Positions 1 to 8,917 of a DNA stretch of 64,000 bases are shown here, one piece after another; position 1 is the first letter of the stretch, and the number at the start of each line of letters is the position of its first letter. Source of the DNA: Candidatus Poriferisocius sp. (lineage in GTDB: Bacteria; Actinomycetota; Acidimicrobiia; Acidimicrobiales; Bin134); contig NZ_OZ241965.1 of NCBI RefSeq assembly GCF_965204015.1, positions 567,991 to 631,990 of the forward strand, written 5' to 3'. The translations under genes and the position numbers were made by a program. The notes below the pieces were generated by a model. The model ran no database searches. It worked only from the letters and a program-made list of their open reading frames with translations, and was not told the origin of the DNA.

Positions 1-1439
1 CCCCGGCGGAATCCGATCACCGGTGCCGAGCGGTCGGTCAGCCACTCCATCTCGCCACCATGGAGATCGCCGAGCTCATGGCGCACGGTGAGGAGCTCCT
101 GATACTTAGAAAGCACTGAGCCGGGGTCGTCTCGCTGGGCCGACACCGTGTCGGCGTCGGCTCGGTGCACGGGTAGCCACGGCTCGGCGCCATCGGTGAA
201 CCCGCCCGTCGGCCCCGGCGACCACGGCATCGGTGTGCGGCATCCGTCCCGGCCATCGGCGGAGTTCTGGTTCCGGATGGCCACCGGGTCCAGGCGCTGA
301 TCCAAGGGCACGTCCACATCTTCGAGACCCAGCTCATCGCCCTGGTAGAGGAATGGCAGGCCGGGCAGGGCGAACAGGAGCACGCAGTGGGCCAGCGACC
401 GCGCCCGGCCCAGCCCGCCGCCCCCCAACCGGGTGGGCGCCCGGGGGTCGTCGTGGCTGCTGATGGCCCACGACAAGTCTCTCGGTGCGGCGTCGAGCGC
501 ATCTCTGAACGTGGACCACATGGCCGCCGGTTCCCAGGGAGTGTGCATGGGGGCGAAATAGAAGGCCCGGTGCAGCCCGTCTTGGTTGGCCACATACCGG
601 CTCACTTGATTGGGATTGTTGTCCCTCAGGTAGACCTCTCCCAGAAGCAGGGCGTCATAGCGCTCCGCGATAGCCCTCCACCGGCGGTAGATGGCGGTGG
701 TGCCAGATTGGTCGAGGTCGTAGCGATGGTCGTAGCAGCCGAACGCCTGACGAGGGCTCATGTCGGGGGTGACCGGAAACCGCTGCGGGTTGTCGGGCAT
801 GAGCATGTTCTTGACCAGGCCATGGGCCACGTCCACCCGGAAGCCGTCCACATCGCGATCCAGCCAAAACGTGAGCACGTCGTCGAACTCCCGCACCAGT
901 TTGGGGTTGGACCAGTTCAAGTCGGGTTGCTCGGGCAAGAACAGATGCAGGTAGTACTGCTCGGAAGCCTCGTCGAAGGTCCAGGCCGATCCCCCGAAGT
1001 GCGAAACCCAGTTGTTGGGGGGTCCACCGCCCAAGGCCGGGTCCCGCCAGTGGTAGAAGCCCCGCATGGAGCTGTCCGGATCGGCCCGGGAGGCTTGGAA
1101 CCACGGGTGCTGGTCGGAGGAGTGATTGGGAACCAGGTCGATCAGCACCCGGAGTCCCAGCCGATGGGCCTCCGCGATGCAAGCGTCGAAGTCGTCCAGC
1201 GTGCCGAACAGGGGGTCGACCCCGGTGTAGTCGGCCACGTCGTAGCCGAAGTCGCACATGGGCGACGGGTAGAAAGGGGTGATCCACACGATGCCCACCC
1301 CGAGCCAGGCCAGGTAGTCCAGCTTCTCGGTCAGGCCGGGGAAATCGCCGACCCCGTCGCCGTTGCCGTCGGCGAATGAGCGGATGTACACCTCATAGCC
1401 CACCTCGCGGTCCCACCAGCGCACGTTGTCTTGGGCCAT
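1..1439 (-). CDS. GH13 alpha-glucosidase / oligo-1,6-glucosidase (alpha-amylase family), 3-prime end runs off window
   Basis: Manual translation from ATG 1439: MAQDNVRWWDREVGYEVYIRSFADGNGDGVGDFPGL..GYDVADY..DLVPNHSSDQHPWF..QPDLNW..DGFRVDVAH..GEVY..SSHD..YQGDELG..RDGCRTPMPW; open to window edge, so absent from ORF track. Confidence 0.92.
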   Translation of the reverse strand, partial: MAQDNVRWWDREVGYEVYIRSFADGNGDGVGDFPGLTEKLDYLAWLGVGIVWITPFYPSPMCDFGYDVADYTGVDPLFGTLDDFDACIAEAHRLGLRVLIDLVPNHSSDQHPWFQASRADPDSSMRGFYHWRDPALGGGPPNNWVSHFGGSAWTFDEASEQYYLHLFLPEQPDLNWSNPKLVREFDDVLTFWLDRDVDGFRVDVAHGLVKNMLMPDNPQRFPVTPDMSPRQAFGCYDHRYDLDQSGTTAIYRRWRAIAERYDALLLGEVYLRDNNPNQVSRYVANQDGLHRAFYFAPMHTPWEPAAMWSTFRDALDAAPRDLSWAISSHDDPRAPTRLGGGGLGRARSLAHCVLLFALPGLPFLYQGDELGLEDVDVPLDQRLDPVAIRNQNSADGRDGCRTPMPWSPGPTGGFTDGAEPWLPVHRADADTVSAQRDDPGSVLSKYQELLTVRHELGDLHGGEMEWLTDRSAPVIGFRR

Positions 1440-1475
1440 GACCACCGAAGCCTTGCTGTTTGCTGGTGTTCTTGC

Positions 1476-2570
1476 TCAGTTGAAGCCGATGACGCTGCGC
1501 ACCACGTCCCCGGCCTTCATGGCGGCAAAGCCGTCATTCACGTCGTCCAGCGTGATGGTGGCCGACACCATCTCGTCGAGCATCAGCCGGCCGTCGAGAT
1601 AGAGGTCGACGAGACGGGGCATGTCCACCCGGAACACGTTGGATCCCATCAGCGACCCCTGGAGCCGCTTCTCGGACATGAACAGCTCCTGTCCCTCGAT
1701 CTCCACCATGGTTCCCGGTGGGATCATGCCCATGACCGTGGCCGTCCCCCCGCGGCGGATCATGCCGAATGCCTGCTGGGCGGTGAGGGCCAAGCCAATG
1801 GCCTCATAGGAGTAGTCCACGCCGCCGCTGGTCAGCTCCAACACCTGCTCCACCGGGTCGCCGTCGGCGGGATTGACGGTGTGAGTGGCGCCTAAGCGCA
1901 GTGCGGTGTCGAGCTTCCGGGGCTCGAGGTCCACCGCAACGATGGTGGTAGCGCCGGAGATGCGGGCGGCTTGGATCGACGATATGCCGACCCCGCCGCA
2001 GCCGATCACCGCCACCGAGGAGCCGGGCTCTACCCCGGTGGTGCGGAACACCGCGCCGGTTCCGGTGGTGACCCCGCAGCCGATGAGCGCGGCCCGGTCC
2101 AGCGGCATGTCATCGCGCACCTTCACCACTGCGTTCTCGTGTACCAGCATCTGCTCGGCGAACGACGAGAGATTGGCGAACTGGAACACCTCCTGGCCGC
2201 CCCGGCTGAGACGGGCGGGCTCGTCCTCAGCGCGGACGCACTCGGTCCGGCTCCTCAGGCACATGTAGGGCTGGCCGCTCAGGCACAACTCGCAGCGGCC
2301 GCAGAACACCGACAAACAGCAGATGACGTGGTCGCCGGGCTGCACTTCGCGCACGTCGGGCCCCACCGCCTCCACGATGCCAGCGGCCTCGTGGCCGAGC
2401 ACTACGGGACGGGGTACCACCCAGCCCTCGGTCTCCATGAAGTGCAAGTCGCTGTGGCACAGCCCCGACGCCGCCGTCTGCACCAGCACCTCGCGGCCGA
2501 TTGGGGCAGCCACGGCCACCTCGTCCACCACCAAGTCTTCGTGCCCGTCCAGAAACAGCGCTGCTCTCAT
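1476..2570 (-). CDS. Zn-dependent alcohol dehydrogenase (MDR superfamily, class III-like)
   Basis: GLCHSD, GHEAAG, structural Zn cysteines CGRCELC..C, GCGVTTG, GCGGVG Rossmann; start moved to ATG 2570 behind RBS GAGGAGG. Confidence 0.9.
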   Translation of the reverse strand: MRAALFLDGHEDLVVDEVAVAAPIGREVLVQTAASGLCHSDLHFMETEGWVVPRPVVLGHEAAGIVEAVGPDVREVQPGDHVICCLSVFCGRCELCLSGQPYMCLRSRTECVRAEDEPARLSRGGQEVFQFANLSSFAEQMLVHENAVVKVRDDMPLDRAALIGCGVTTGTGAVFRTTGVEPGSSVAVIGCGGVGISSIQAARISGATTIVAVDLEPRKLDTALRLGATHTVNPADGDPVEQVLELTSGGVDYSYEAIGLALTAQQAFGMIRRGGTATVMGMIPPGTMVEIEGQELFMSEKRLQGSLMGSNVFRVDMPRLVDLYLDGRLMLDEMVSATITLDDVNDGFAAMKAGDVVRSVIGFN

Positions 2571-2662
2571 GAGTTCCTCCTCAGTCTGACCCAGGGCAAG
2601 CTTCGCCAAACTACCAACGGGGGGCGCCTAAATGCCGAAGCTCTTGTGACGCTATGCGCCGG

Positions 2663-5395
2663 TCAGGAGCAACCGGAGGTGGAGCCGCAGTCGGGGCAGG
2701 CGTGGCAGCTTCCGGCTCGGACCATGAGCACACCGCAGTCGAAGCACACGGGGGCAGCCGAGTCGCGGGGGGTTTGCCGGGTAAACGGCGACGGGGGGTC
2801 GGGCTCCACGACGTCGCCGGAAACGGTGACCGGAACCTGCTCCTCCACCCCGGGCAGGGTGGGCTGGATGCGCTCGTCGGTGGTGTAGATGGCCAGGCCA
2901 TGGCGCTCCTCGGGCTCGAGGTACTCCACCGCCAGGCGGCGGAACAGGTAGTCGAGGAGGCTGGTGGCGATGCGGATGTCGGGGTCGTCGGTAATCCCGG
3001 CCGGCTCGAAGCGCATGCCGGTGAATGCATCCACATAGGCCCGCAGCGGCACCCCGTATTGCAGGCCATGGCTGATGGCCATGGCGAATGCGTCCATCAC
3101 TCCGGCCAGCGTGGAGCCCTGCTTGGACACACGGATGAATATCTCACCGGGGCGGCCGTCCTCGTACTCCCCGACGGTGGCGAAGCCCTTGCATTCGGCC
3201 ACCCGGAACTCAAAGGTCCGGCTGGTGCGGGACCGGGGCAGCCGGCGGCGCTCAGGCTGCGGCGATGCCGGCGCCGTCGCCGAGCCCGGGGTCTGGTCGG
3301 GCTGGGCAGCCGAGGCGTCGGAGACCGACAGGGGCTGGCCCAGCTTGCAGTTGTCCCGATAGACCGCCAGAGCCTTGACCCCCATCTGCCAGGCGTCCAC
3401 CAAGAGCTGCTCGATCTCCGCCGCAGTGGTCTCCTCAGGGACGTTGACCGTCTTGCTAATTCCCCCCGAGAGCCAGGGCTGCACCGCAGCCATCATGGCC
3501 ACATGACCGTTGGGAGAGATCACGTTGTCGCCCATGGAACAGGCGAATACTGGCAGATGGGCAGCATCCAGATGAGGGGCGCCCACCACCGTGCCCTGCT
3601 GGTGGACATGAGCCTCGATGTCGGCAACCTGCGCGGGGCTGTAGCCCAGCCGGTATAGCGCCCGATCCACCGTTTGGTTGACGATGGGCATGGTGCCGCC
3701 GCCCACCAACTTCTTGGTCTTGACCAGGCCCAAGTCTGGCTCGATGCCGGTGGTGTCGCAGTCCATCATGAACGAGATGGTGCCAGTGGGGGCCAGCACG
3801 GTGGCCTGCGAGTTGCGGACGCCGACCGTGTCACCCCACTCCACCGCGGCGTCCCACGCGGCTCGAGCCGCGTCCAGCACCTCTGACGGCACCGGCTCGC
3901 CTTCCAGTCGGCTCAAGGCATCGCGGTGCATCCGCAGCACCCGCCGGGTGGGCTCCTGGTTCTCGGCGAACCCCTCGAACGGTCCAAGGCGGGCGGCCAT
4001 GCGGCCCGAGGTCTCATAGGCCACCCCGGTCATCAGCGCGGTGACGGATGCGGCCAGGCCTCGGCCCTCGTCTGAGTCATAGGCCAAGCCCAAGGCCATC
4101 AGCATGGCTCCCAGGTTGGCGTAGCCCAGACCCAGCTGGCGGAACCGGCGGGTAGTGGCCCCGATCTGCTCGGTGGGATAGTGCGACGGGCCGACCAAAA
4201 TCTCCTGGGCGACGGTCATCACCCGAACCGCCGCGCTGAATCCCTCCACGTCAAACGTGCCGTCGTCGTCGATAAACGACAACAAGTTCAAGCTGGCCAG
4301 GTTGCAGGCCGAGTTGTCCAGGTGGAGGTACTCCGAACAGGGATTGCTGGCGGTGATGCGACCGGTGTTGGCCGCGGTGTTCCACCGGTTGATGGTGGTC
4401 TCGAACTGCACCCCGGGGTCGGCGCACTCCCAGGCGGCCTCGGCGATCTGAGCCAGCAGGCCCCGAGCCGACACCGTCTCCACCACCTCGCCGGTGGTGC
4501 GAGCTGTCAGATGCCACTTCTCGTCATCGGCCACCGCCGACATGAACTCGTCGCTTAGCCGCACGGAATTGTTGGCGTTCTGGTACTGGATGGAGTGAAC
4601 GTCGGCGCCGTCGAGATCCATGTCGAATCCGGCGTCCCGCAGCGCCCGGGCCTTGCGCTCTTCGACGGCCTTGCACCAGACGAACTCCTCCACGTCGGGA
4701 TGGTCGGCATCGAGCACCACCATCTTGGCCGCCCGACGGGTCTTGCCCCCCGACTTGATGGTGCCGGCCGAGGCGTCGGCGCCCCGCATGAAGCTCACCG
4801 GGCCACTGGGGGCGCCCCCGCCGCTCATGCGCTCTTGCCGGGACCGGATGCGGCTCAAATTGACACCCGCCCCCGACCCTCCTTTGAAGATGCGGCCCTC
4901 TTCCCCGTACCAGTCGAGGATCGACTCCATGGTGTCGTCCACTGACAGGATGAAACAGGCGGACGACTGCGGCACGGCGCCGGAAACCCCGAGGTTGAAC
5001 CAGACCGGCGAGTTGAACGCGGCGCGCTGGCGTACCAGCAGCCAGCGGAGCTCGTCGGCAAACGCCGTGGTCTCCTCCGGCTCGGCCAGGTGCCCCGACT
5101 CGGTGCCCCACGCCACCAGCGTGTCCACCACCCGGTCGATGACCTGGCGCAATGAGGTCTCCCGCTCCGGGGTCCCCAACCCGCCCCGGAAGTACTTCTG
5201 GGTCACGATGTTGCCCGCGTTGACCGACCAGTCAACCGGGAACTCCACATTCGTCTGCTCGAAGGCGACCTCGCCGTCGGCGCCGGTGATTCGGGCATCG
5301 CGGCGATGCCATTCCACCTCGTCGTAGGGATGGACATCGACGCGGCTGAAGTAGCGGCCCAGGCCGATCCTGGTGCGATCAGATGCCAGAGCCAT
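2663..5395 (-). CDS. nrdJ: Vitamin B12-dependent ribonucleotide reductase, class II
   Basis: FNSPVWFN, SACFI, TIKSGGKTRRAAKM, SNPCSEY active site, APTGTIS, C-terminal TSCPD-like region and CxxC..CxxC..GCS tail; RBS GAGGAG before ATG 5395. Confidence 0.96.
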   Translation of the reverse strand: MALASDRTRIGLGRYFSRVDVHPYDEVEWHRRDARITGADGEVAFEQTNVEFPVDWSVNAGNIVTQKYFRGGLGTPERETSLRQVIDRVVDTLVAWGTESGHLAEPEETTAFADELRWLLVRQRAAFNSPVWFNLGVSGAVPQSSACFILSVDDTMESILDWYGEEGRIFKGGSGAGVNLSRIRSRQERMSGGGAPSGPVSFMRGADASAGTIKSGGKTRRAAKMVVLDADHPDVEEFVWCKAVEERKARALRDAGFDMDLDGADVHSIQYQNANNSVRLSDEFMSAVADDEKWHLTARTTGEVVETVSARGLLAQIAEAAWECADPGVQFETTINRWNTAANTGRITASNPCSEYLHLDNSACNLASLNLLSFIDDDGTFDVEGFSAAVRVMTVAQEILVGPSHYPTEQIGATTRRFRQLGLGYANLGAMLMALGLAYDSDEGRGLAASVTALMTGVAYETSGRMAARLGPFEGFAENQEPTRRVLRMHRDALSRLEGEPVPSEVLDAARAAWDAAVEWGDTVGVRNSQATVLAPTGTISFMMDCDTTGIEPDLGLVKTKKLVGGGTMPIVNQTVDRALYRLGYSPAQVADIEAHVHQQGTVVGAPHLDAAHLPVFACSMGDNVISPNGHVAMMAAVQPWLSGGISKTVNVPEETTAAEIEQLLVDAWQMGVKALAVYRDNCKLGQPLSVSDASAAQPDQTPGSATAPASPQPERRRLPRSRTSRTFEFRVAECKGFATVGEYEDGRPGEIFIRVSKQGSTLAGVMDAFAMAISHGLQYGVPLRAYVDAFTGMRFEPAGITDDPDIRIATSLLDYLFRRLAVEYLEPEERHGLAIYTTDERIQPTLPGVEEQVPVTVSGDVVEPDPPSPFTRQTPRDSAAPVCFDCGVLMVRAGSCHACPDCGSTSGCS

Positions 5396-5409
5396 CAGCA
5401 CTCCTCAAA

Positions 5410-5450
5410 GGAATGCGGCTCTGTTGGGCGCATTCCACCTTCGTATTTTA
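5410..5450 (-). promoter_or_regulatory. Putative nrdJ -10 (TAAAAT, 5445-5450) followed by an 8-bp-stem hairpin in the 5-prime UTR
   Basis: GGAATGCG (5410-5417) / CGCATTCC (5429-5436) inverted repeat immediately upstream of the RBS. Confidence 0.5.
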
Positions 5451-5703
5451 TTGGAAACGGTGTCGATTGAGGCTGCGGCGTGAGCGGCCAGGTCAAAGGG
5501 GCCTCATCAAGAGGCATGCCAACCCGTCTAATCGGCGGGCTGAACCCCCCAAGGAGTCGCCTGAACCCCACTATGGTCGTCGGCGTCAGCCACCATTCCG
5601 GCCCCCCACGCCGCAGCAGAAGCTCACCGTAGAGCATGCAGCCTGTGGACAGTAAGGAGAAGAAATGGGATTCCCTGTGGATTTCAGGTGAATTTCTGGA
5701 GAC

Positions 5704-6474
5704 GTGACGGCTGGAGTCGCCTGCTACGGTCGGCGGCAGGTGGATCAGCTGCTCCCTCGGTTTGTCTCCGACGTCAATCCGGTCGCTCTGTATGCGTCTG
5801 ATCGCCGCGATCCGCACCCTGACCGCCCGTGGCTGATGCTGAACATGGTCACCTCCGCGGACGGCGCAACGTCGAGCGGCGGCGTGTCCGGGAGCTTGTC
5901 GAGTCCCGAGGACCGAGAGGTGTTCGCCGCTATCCGAGCGGTGGCCGACGTGATACTGGTCGGAGCGGAAACCGTGCGACGCGAGAGCTACGGGCCGCCG
6001 AAGATCCGCCCGGAGTTGGCTGAGGGCAGAGCGAGCCGGAGCCAAGCACCGAGACCGCGCCTGGCCGTGGTGAGCCGCTCCCTGGATCTGGACTTCGCCG
6101 CCCCGCTGTTCGACGACAATCCCTCGCCGATGCTGTTCACCGTGGCCGACCCGCCCGCTGATCGGCTGGCCCGGGCCGAAGCGGTGGCCGCAGTCCACCG
6201 CCTGGGCGCCGACCGGGTGGAGTTGGCCGAGGTCTTGCGCCAGATTGGACAAGCGGGCGCCCGGGTGGTTTTGGCCGAAGGCGGGCCCAGCCTCAACGCC
6301 CAGCTCTTGGCCGCCGGGCTGTTGGACGAGGTGTGCTGGACGATCTCGCCGACGCTGGCCGGCGGCGACTCCCCTCGGATGGCGCAGGGCGCCCCGCCCC
6401 GGCGCGATCGGCTCCGGCTGGTGCGGGTGTTGGCCCAGGACCACACTCTGTTCTTGCGCTATCTCAGTCATTGA
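5704..6474 (+). CDS. RibD C-terminal domain / pyrimidine reductase (dihydrofolate reductase-like) family protein
   Basis: NMVTSADGA..SSPEDREVF..DVILVGAETVRRE..VLAEGGPSL..LDEVCWTISP; start may be GTG 5740. Confidence 0.88.
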   Translation: MTAGVACYGRRQVDQLLPRFVSDVNPVALYASDRRDPHPDRPWLMLNMVTSADGATSSGGVSGSLSSPEDREVFAAIRAVADVILVGAETVRRESYGPPKIRPELAEGRASRSQAPRPRLAVVSRSLDLDFAAPLFDDNPSPMLFTVADPPADRLARAEAVAAVHRLGADRVELAEVLRQIGQAGARVVLAEGGPSLNAQLLAAGLLDEVCWTISPTLAGGDSPRMAQGAPPRRDRLRLVRVLAQDHTLFLRYLSH

Positions 6475-6504
6475 CCGACCCTCAATGCCACCGCGCCCGG
6501 CTGA

Positions 6505-6819
6505 TCAGCGGTTGACGGAGCTGACCGGCAAGGCGGTGTCGCCCGCGATCACATAAGCCGGCACATAGGCCGGCTCTGACTGGGACAGCCCCGCGGCCGG
6601 AGCCTCGGGGGACAGCGACCAGTGGAGCTTGGCGGCCAGAAATGAGCTCGCCCACAGGAAGAGAAAAAACGCGGACACCATCAGCGCCCTTCGGAACCAG
6701 TACACCTTGGCCGGCAATCGCCGGGACACCGGCGGCTCACGGCGGTCGTTGGTCACCAACACCAATGCGGGCTCCAAAGCGGGCTGGGCCATTGGTTGAT
6801 CAAACATGGGTAAAGCCAT
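6505..6819 (-). CDS. Small hypothetical single-pass membrane protein (possible ChiZ/YneA-like protein with degenerate LysM remnant)
   Basis: Basic VYWFRR followed by hydrophobic ALMVSAFFLFLWASSFLAA; fills an otherwise empty gap; GACAAT 6 nt before ATG. Confidence 0.6.
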   Translation of the reverse strand: MALPMFDQPMAQPALEPALVLVTNDRREPPVSRRLPAKVYWFRRALMVSAFFLFLWASSFLAAKLHWSLSPEAPAAGLSQSEPAYVPAYVIAGDTALPVSSVNR

Positions 6820-6825
6820 GTGACC

Positions 6826-6851
6826 ATTGTCCAGACCGCGGTGACAGTTGG
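6826..6851 (-). promoter_or_regulatory. Variant PafBC/RecA-NDp-like promoter: CCAACTGTCAC-N9-GACAAT, 6 nt before ATG 6819
   Basis: Shares the 11-mer CCAACTGTCAC with the yraN site; spacer and -10 deviate from the other three sites. Confidence 0.5.
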
Positions 6852-6900
6852 TTGGAAAACGGCTGTCTAGCTGGACGTTTGCAAATTCCAGCCCGGTATT

Positions 6901-7965
6901 TCACTGAGCGGTGAGCAGCGCCTCCAAGACGCGGTGGTAGGCCTCCAGCGCGGCCCTGTCCACCCGTTCCTCAGCGGTGTGGGCCAGAGTCGATTCTCCG
7001 GGCCCGAAGTTGGCCGCGGGGATGCCCCGCGCCGCGAAGAAGGCCACGTCGGTCCACCCCAGCTTGGACTTGATCTCCAGGTCGTTGTCGGCGATCAGCC
7101 GTTGCAGCACTGGGTGGCCCAGCCCCGGAGGAGCGGCCGGGGCGTGCTCGGTCACCTCAAATCGATCGTCGTCGCCCAACACGGGCGTCAACATCTCCCG
7201 CAGGATGTCCTCGGCTTCGTCGGGGCTGCGATCGGGAGCGTAGCGATAGCCCAGCGTCACCTCAGCCCGGTCGGGCACAACGTTTCCGGCCACGCCGCCC
7301 TCCACCGCCACCGCCTGAAGCGACTCCCGAAATTGGCACCCGTCTATCACCGGGGTGCGGGGTTCGTATGCCTCGGCCAGCTTGAGCACCGATCCCAGTC
7401 GGTGGATGGCATTCACTCCCATCCAGGGTCGGGCGGTATGGGCTCGGGCGCCGGCCAGCGTCACCACCGCCCGCATCGATCCTTGGCAGCCGGCCTCCAC
7501 CGCTCCGCCGGTGGGCTCGCCCAGAAGGGCCACGTCGGTGGCCAGCAGGTCGGGGCGGACGTCGAACAGCTCCCGCAATCCGCTGTCGGCGACTCGCACT
7601 TCCTCGCGGGCGTAGAACAGCCACGTCACATCCACCTCTGGCTCGACCACCGCGGCGGCCAGCTCCAGCATCACCGCCAGCGCCGACTTCATATCGGCGG
7701 CTCCGAGACCCCACACCACGTCGCCGTCGATACGGGCGACGGCGTTGTTGTTGGGAGGCACTGTGTCGCTGTGGCCGCCGATCAGCACCCGCTGGGGTCG
7801 GCCCAGATCGGTCCGGGCCACCACGTTGTCTCCCACGCGTTCCACGGTGAGTCCCGACACCGCCCGCAGCCGCTCCTCGATGAGATCGGCGATTGTGCTC
7901 TCGTGGTAGGACACCGAGGCGATGTCGATCAGCTCGGCCGTTTTGGCCAGCAGATCAGCGCTCAT
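6901..7965 (-). CDS. dapE: Succinyl-diaminopimelate desuccinylase (M20)
   Basis: GGHSDTVP, GLGAADMK, YAREE, GEPT..GCQG, AHTARPWMGVNAIH, GWTDVAFF, NFGPG..LAHTAEE. Confidence 0.93.
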   Translation of the reverse strand: MSADLLAKTAELIDIASVSYHESTIADLIEERLRAVSGLTVERVGDNVVARTDLGRPQRVLIGGHSDTVPPNNNAVARIDGDVVWGLGAADMKSALAVMLELAAAVVEPEVDVTWLFYAREEVRVADSGLRELFDVRPDLLATDVALLGEPTGGAVEAGCQGSMRAVVTLAGARAHTARPWMGVNAIHRLGSVLKLAEAYEPRTPVIDGCQFRESLQAVAVEGGVAGNVVPDRAEVTLGYRYAPDRSPDEAEDILREMLTPVLGDDDRFEVTEHAPAAPPGLGHPVLQRLIADNDLEIKSKLGWTDVAFFAARGIPAANFGPGESTLAHTAEERVDRAALEAYHRVLEALLTAQ

Positions 7966-8027
7966 GGCCTGCCCTGTCAACGATTTTCGCCGAACCAGAC
8001 GTCGCCGACCCATTTAAGAGGCCTGCC

Positions 8028-8036
8028 TGTGGATAA
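8028..8036 (-). promoter_or_regulatory. Perfect DnaA box (TTATCCACA) in dapD-dapE gap
   Basis: Plus strand TGTGGATAA at 8028-8036. Confidence 0.35.
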
Positions 8037-8043
8037 CCCATGT

Positions 8044-8868
8044 CTAAGTGGCCGCGCCGTGCTCGCGCAGTACATCGTTCAACTGGGCCTTGTCGTGGCG
8101 CTCGCCGGCCTCGAGATGCTTGATCACCAGCACGCAGGGCATGCCGAAGGTCCCCCCGTCGAAGGTGCGGGACCGGGTGGCCGACACCGCCACCGTCCAG
8201 TCGGGCACCACGCCGCGGCCCAGCTCCTCGCCGGTGGCCGCGTCGATGACCGGGATCGAGCCGGTGAGCACGCAGCCCGCGCCGAGCACCACGCCGTCGC
8301 CGACGCGGGCGCCATCGGCCACGATGCAGCGGCTGCCGATCAGGCAGTCGTCGCCCACGATTACCGGGGCGGCCTGAGGGGGCTCCAGCACACCGCCGAT
8401 GCCCACGCCGCCGGAGAGGTGGACGTTGGCCCCGATTTGGGCGCACGAGCCCACCGTGGCCCAGGTGTCGACCATGGTGTTGGCCCCGACTCGGGCGCCG
8501 ATGTTCACGTAGCTGGGCATCATGATCACGCCCCGGTCCAAGAATGATCCCCAGCGGGCCGATGCCCCGGGCACGACCCGGACCCCGGCGGCCTGATAAT
8601 CGGTCTTGAGGGGGATCTTGTCGGCGTACTCGAACGGACCCAACTCCATGGTCTCCATCTCGGCCATGGAGAACAGCAGCAGGATGGCCTGCTTGAGCCA
8701 TTGGTTCACCACCACTTCGCCGTTGCCGTTCACTTCGGCCACCCGGGCCTCGCCGGCGTCGAGCAGGCCGATGGCCTCGGTCACCGCGGCCCGGGCATCG
8801 GGGTCGCCCTCGGTGATCGGGGTCCGGTCATCCCACAGCGCCTCGATCCGGGCTTGCAGATCGCTCAT
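8044..8868 (-). CDS. dapD: Tetrahydrodipicolinate N-succinyltransferase (E. coli-type)
   Basis: NQWLKQAILL, DKIPLK, MPSYVNIGA..TMVDTWATVGSCAQIG.NVHLSGGVGIGGVLEP. Confidence 0.96.
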   Translation of the reverse strand: MSDLQARIEALWDDRTPITEGDPDARAAVTEAIGLLDAGEARVAEVNGNGEVVVNQWLKQAILLLFSMAEMETMELGPFEYADKIPLKTDYQAAGVRVVPGASARWGSFLDRGVIMMPSYVNIGARVGANTMVDTWATVGSCAQIGANVHLSGGVGIGGVLEPPQAAPVIVGDDCLIGSRCIVADGARVGDGVVLGAGCVLTGSIPVIDAATGEELGRGVVPDWTVAVSATRSRTFDGGTFGMPCVLVIKHLEAGERHDKAQLNDVLREHGAAT

Positions 8869-8917
8869 GAGTTCAACCTCGCATTGTTCATCGTCATTTC
8901 CTCACGGTATCGCCGCA

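Noticed and set aside
2663-5395. Intein or intron in nrdJ (and in recA)
   Set aside because: Lengths are normal and no C..HN splice motifs or homing-endonuclease blocks are seen
5400-5700. Cobalamin riboswitch or NrdR box upstream of nrdJ
   Set aside because: No B12-box or core riboswitch motifs recognised; the best NrdR-like string (CCACTATGGTCGT) is a poor match
5395-6471. 358-aa minus-strand ORF spanning the nrdJ promoter
   Set aside because: Antisense to the RibD-like gene, low-complexity translation, and it overruns a credible promoter region
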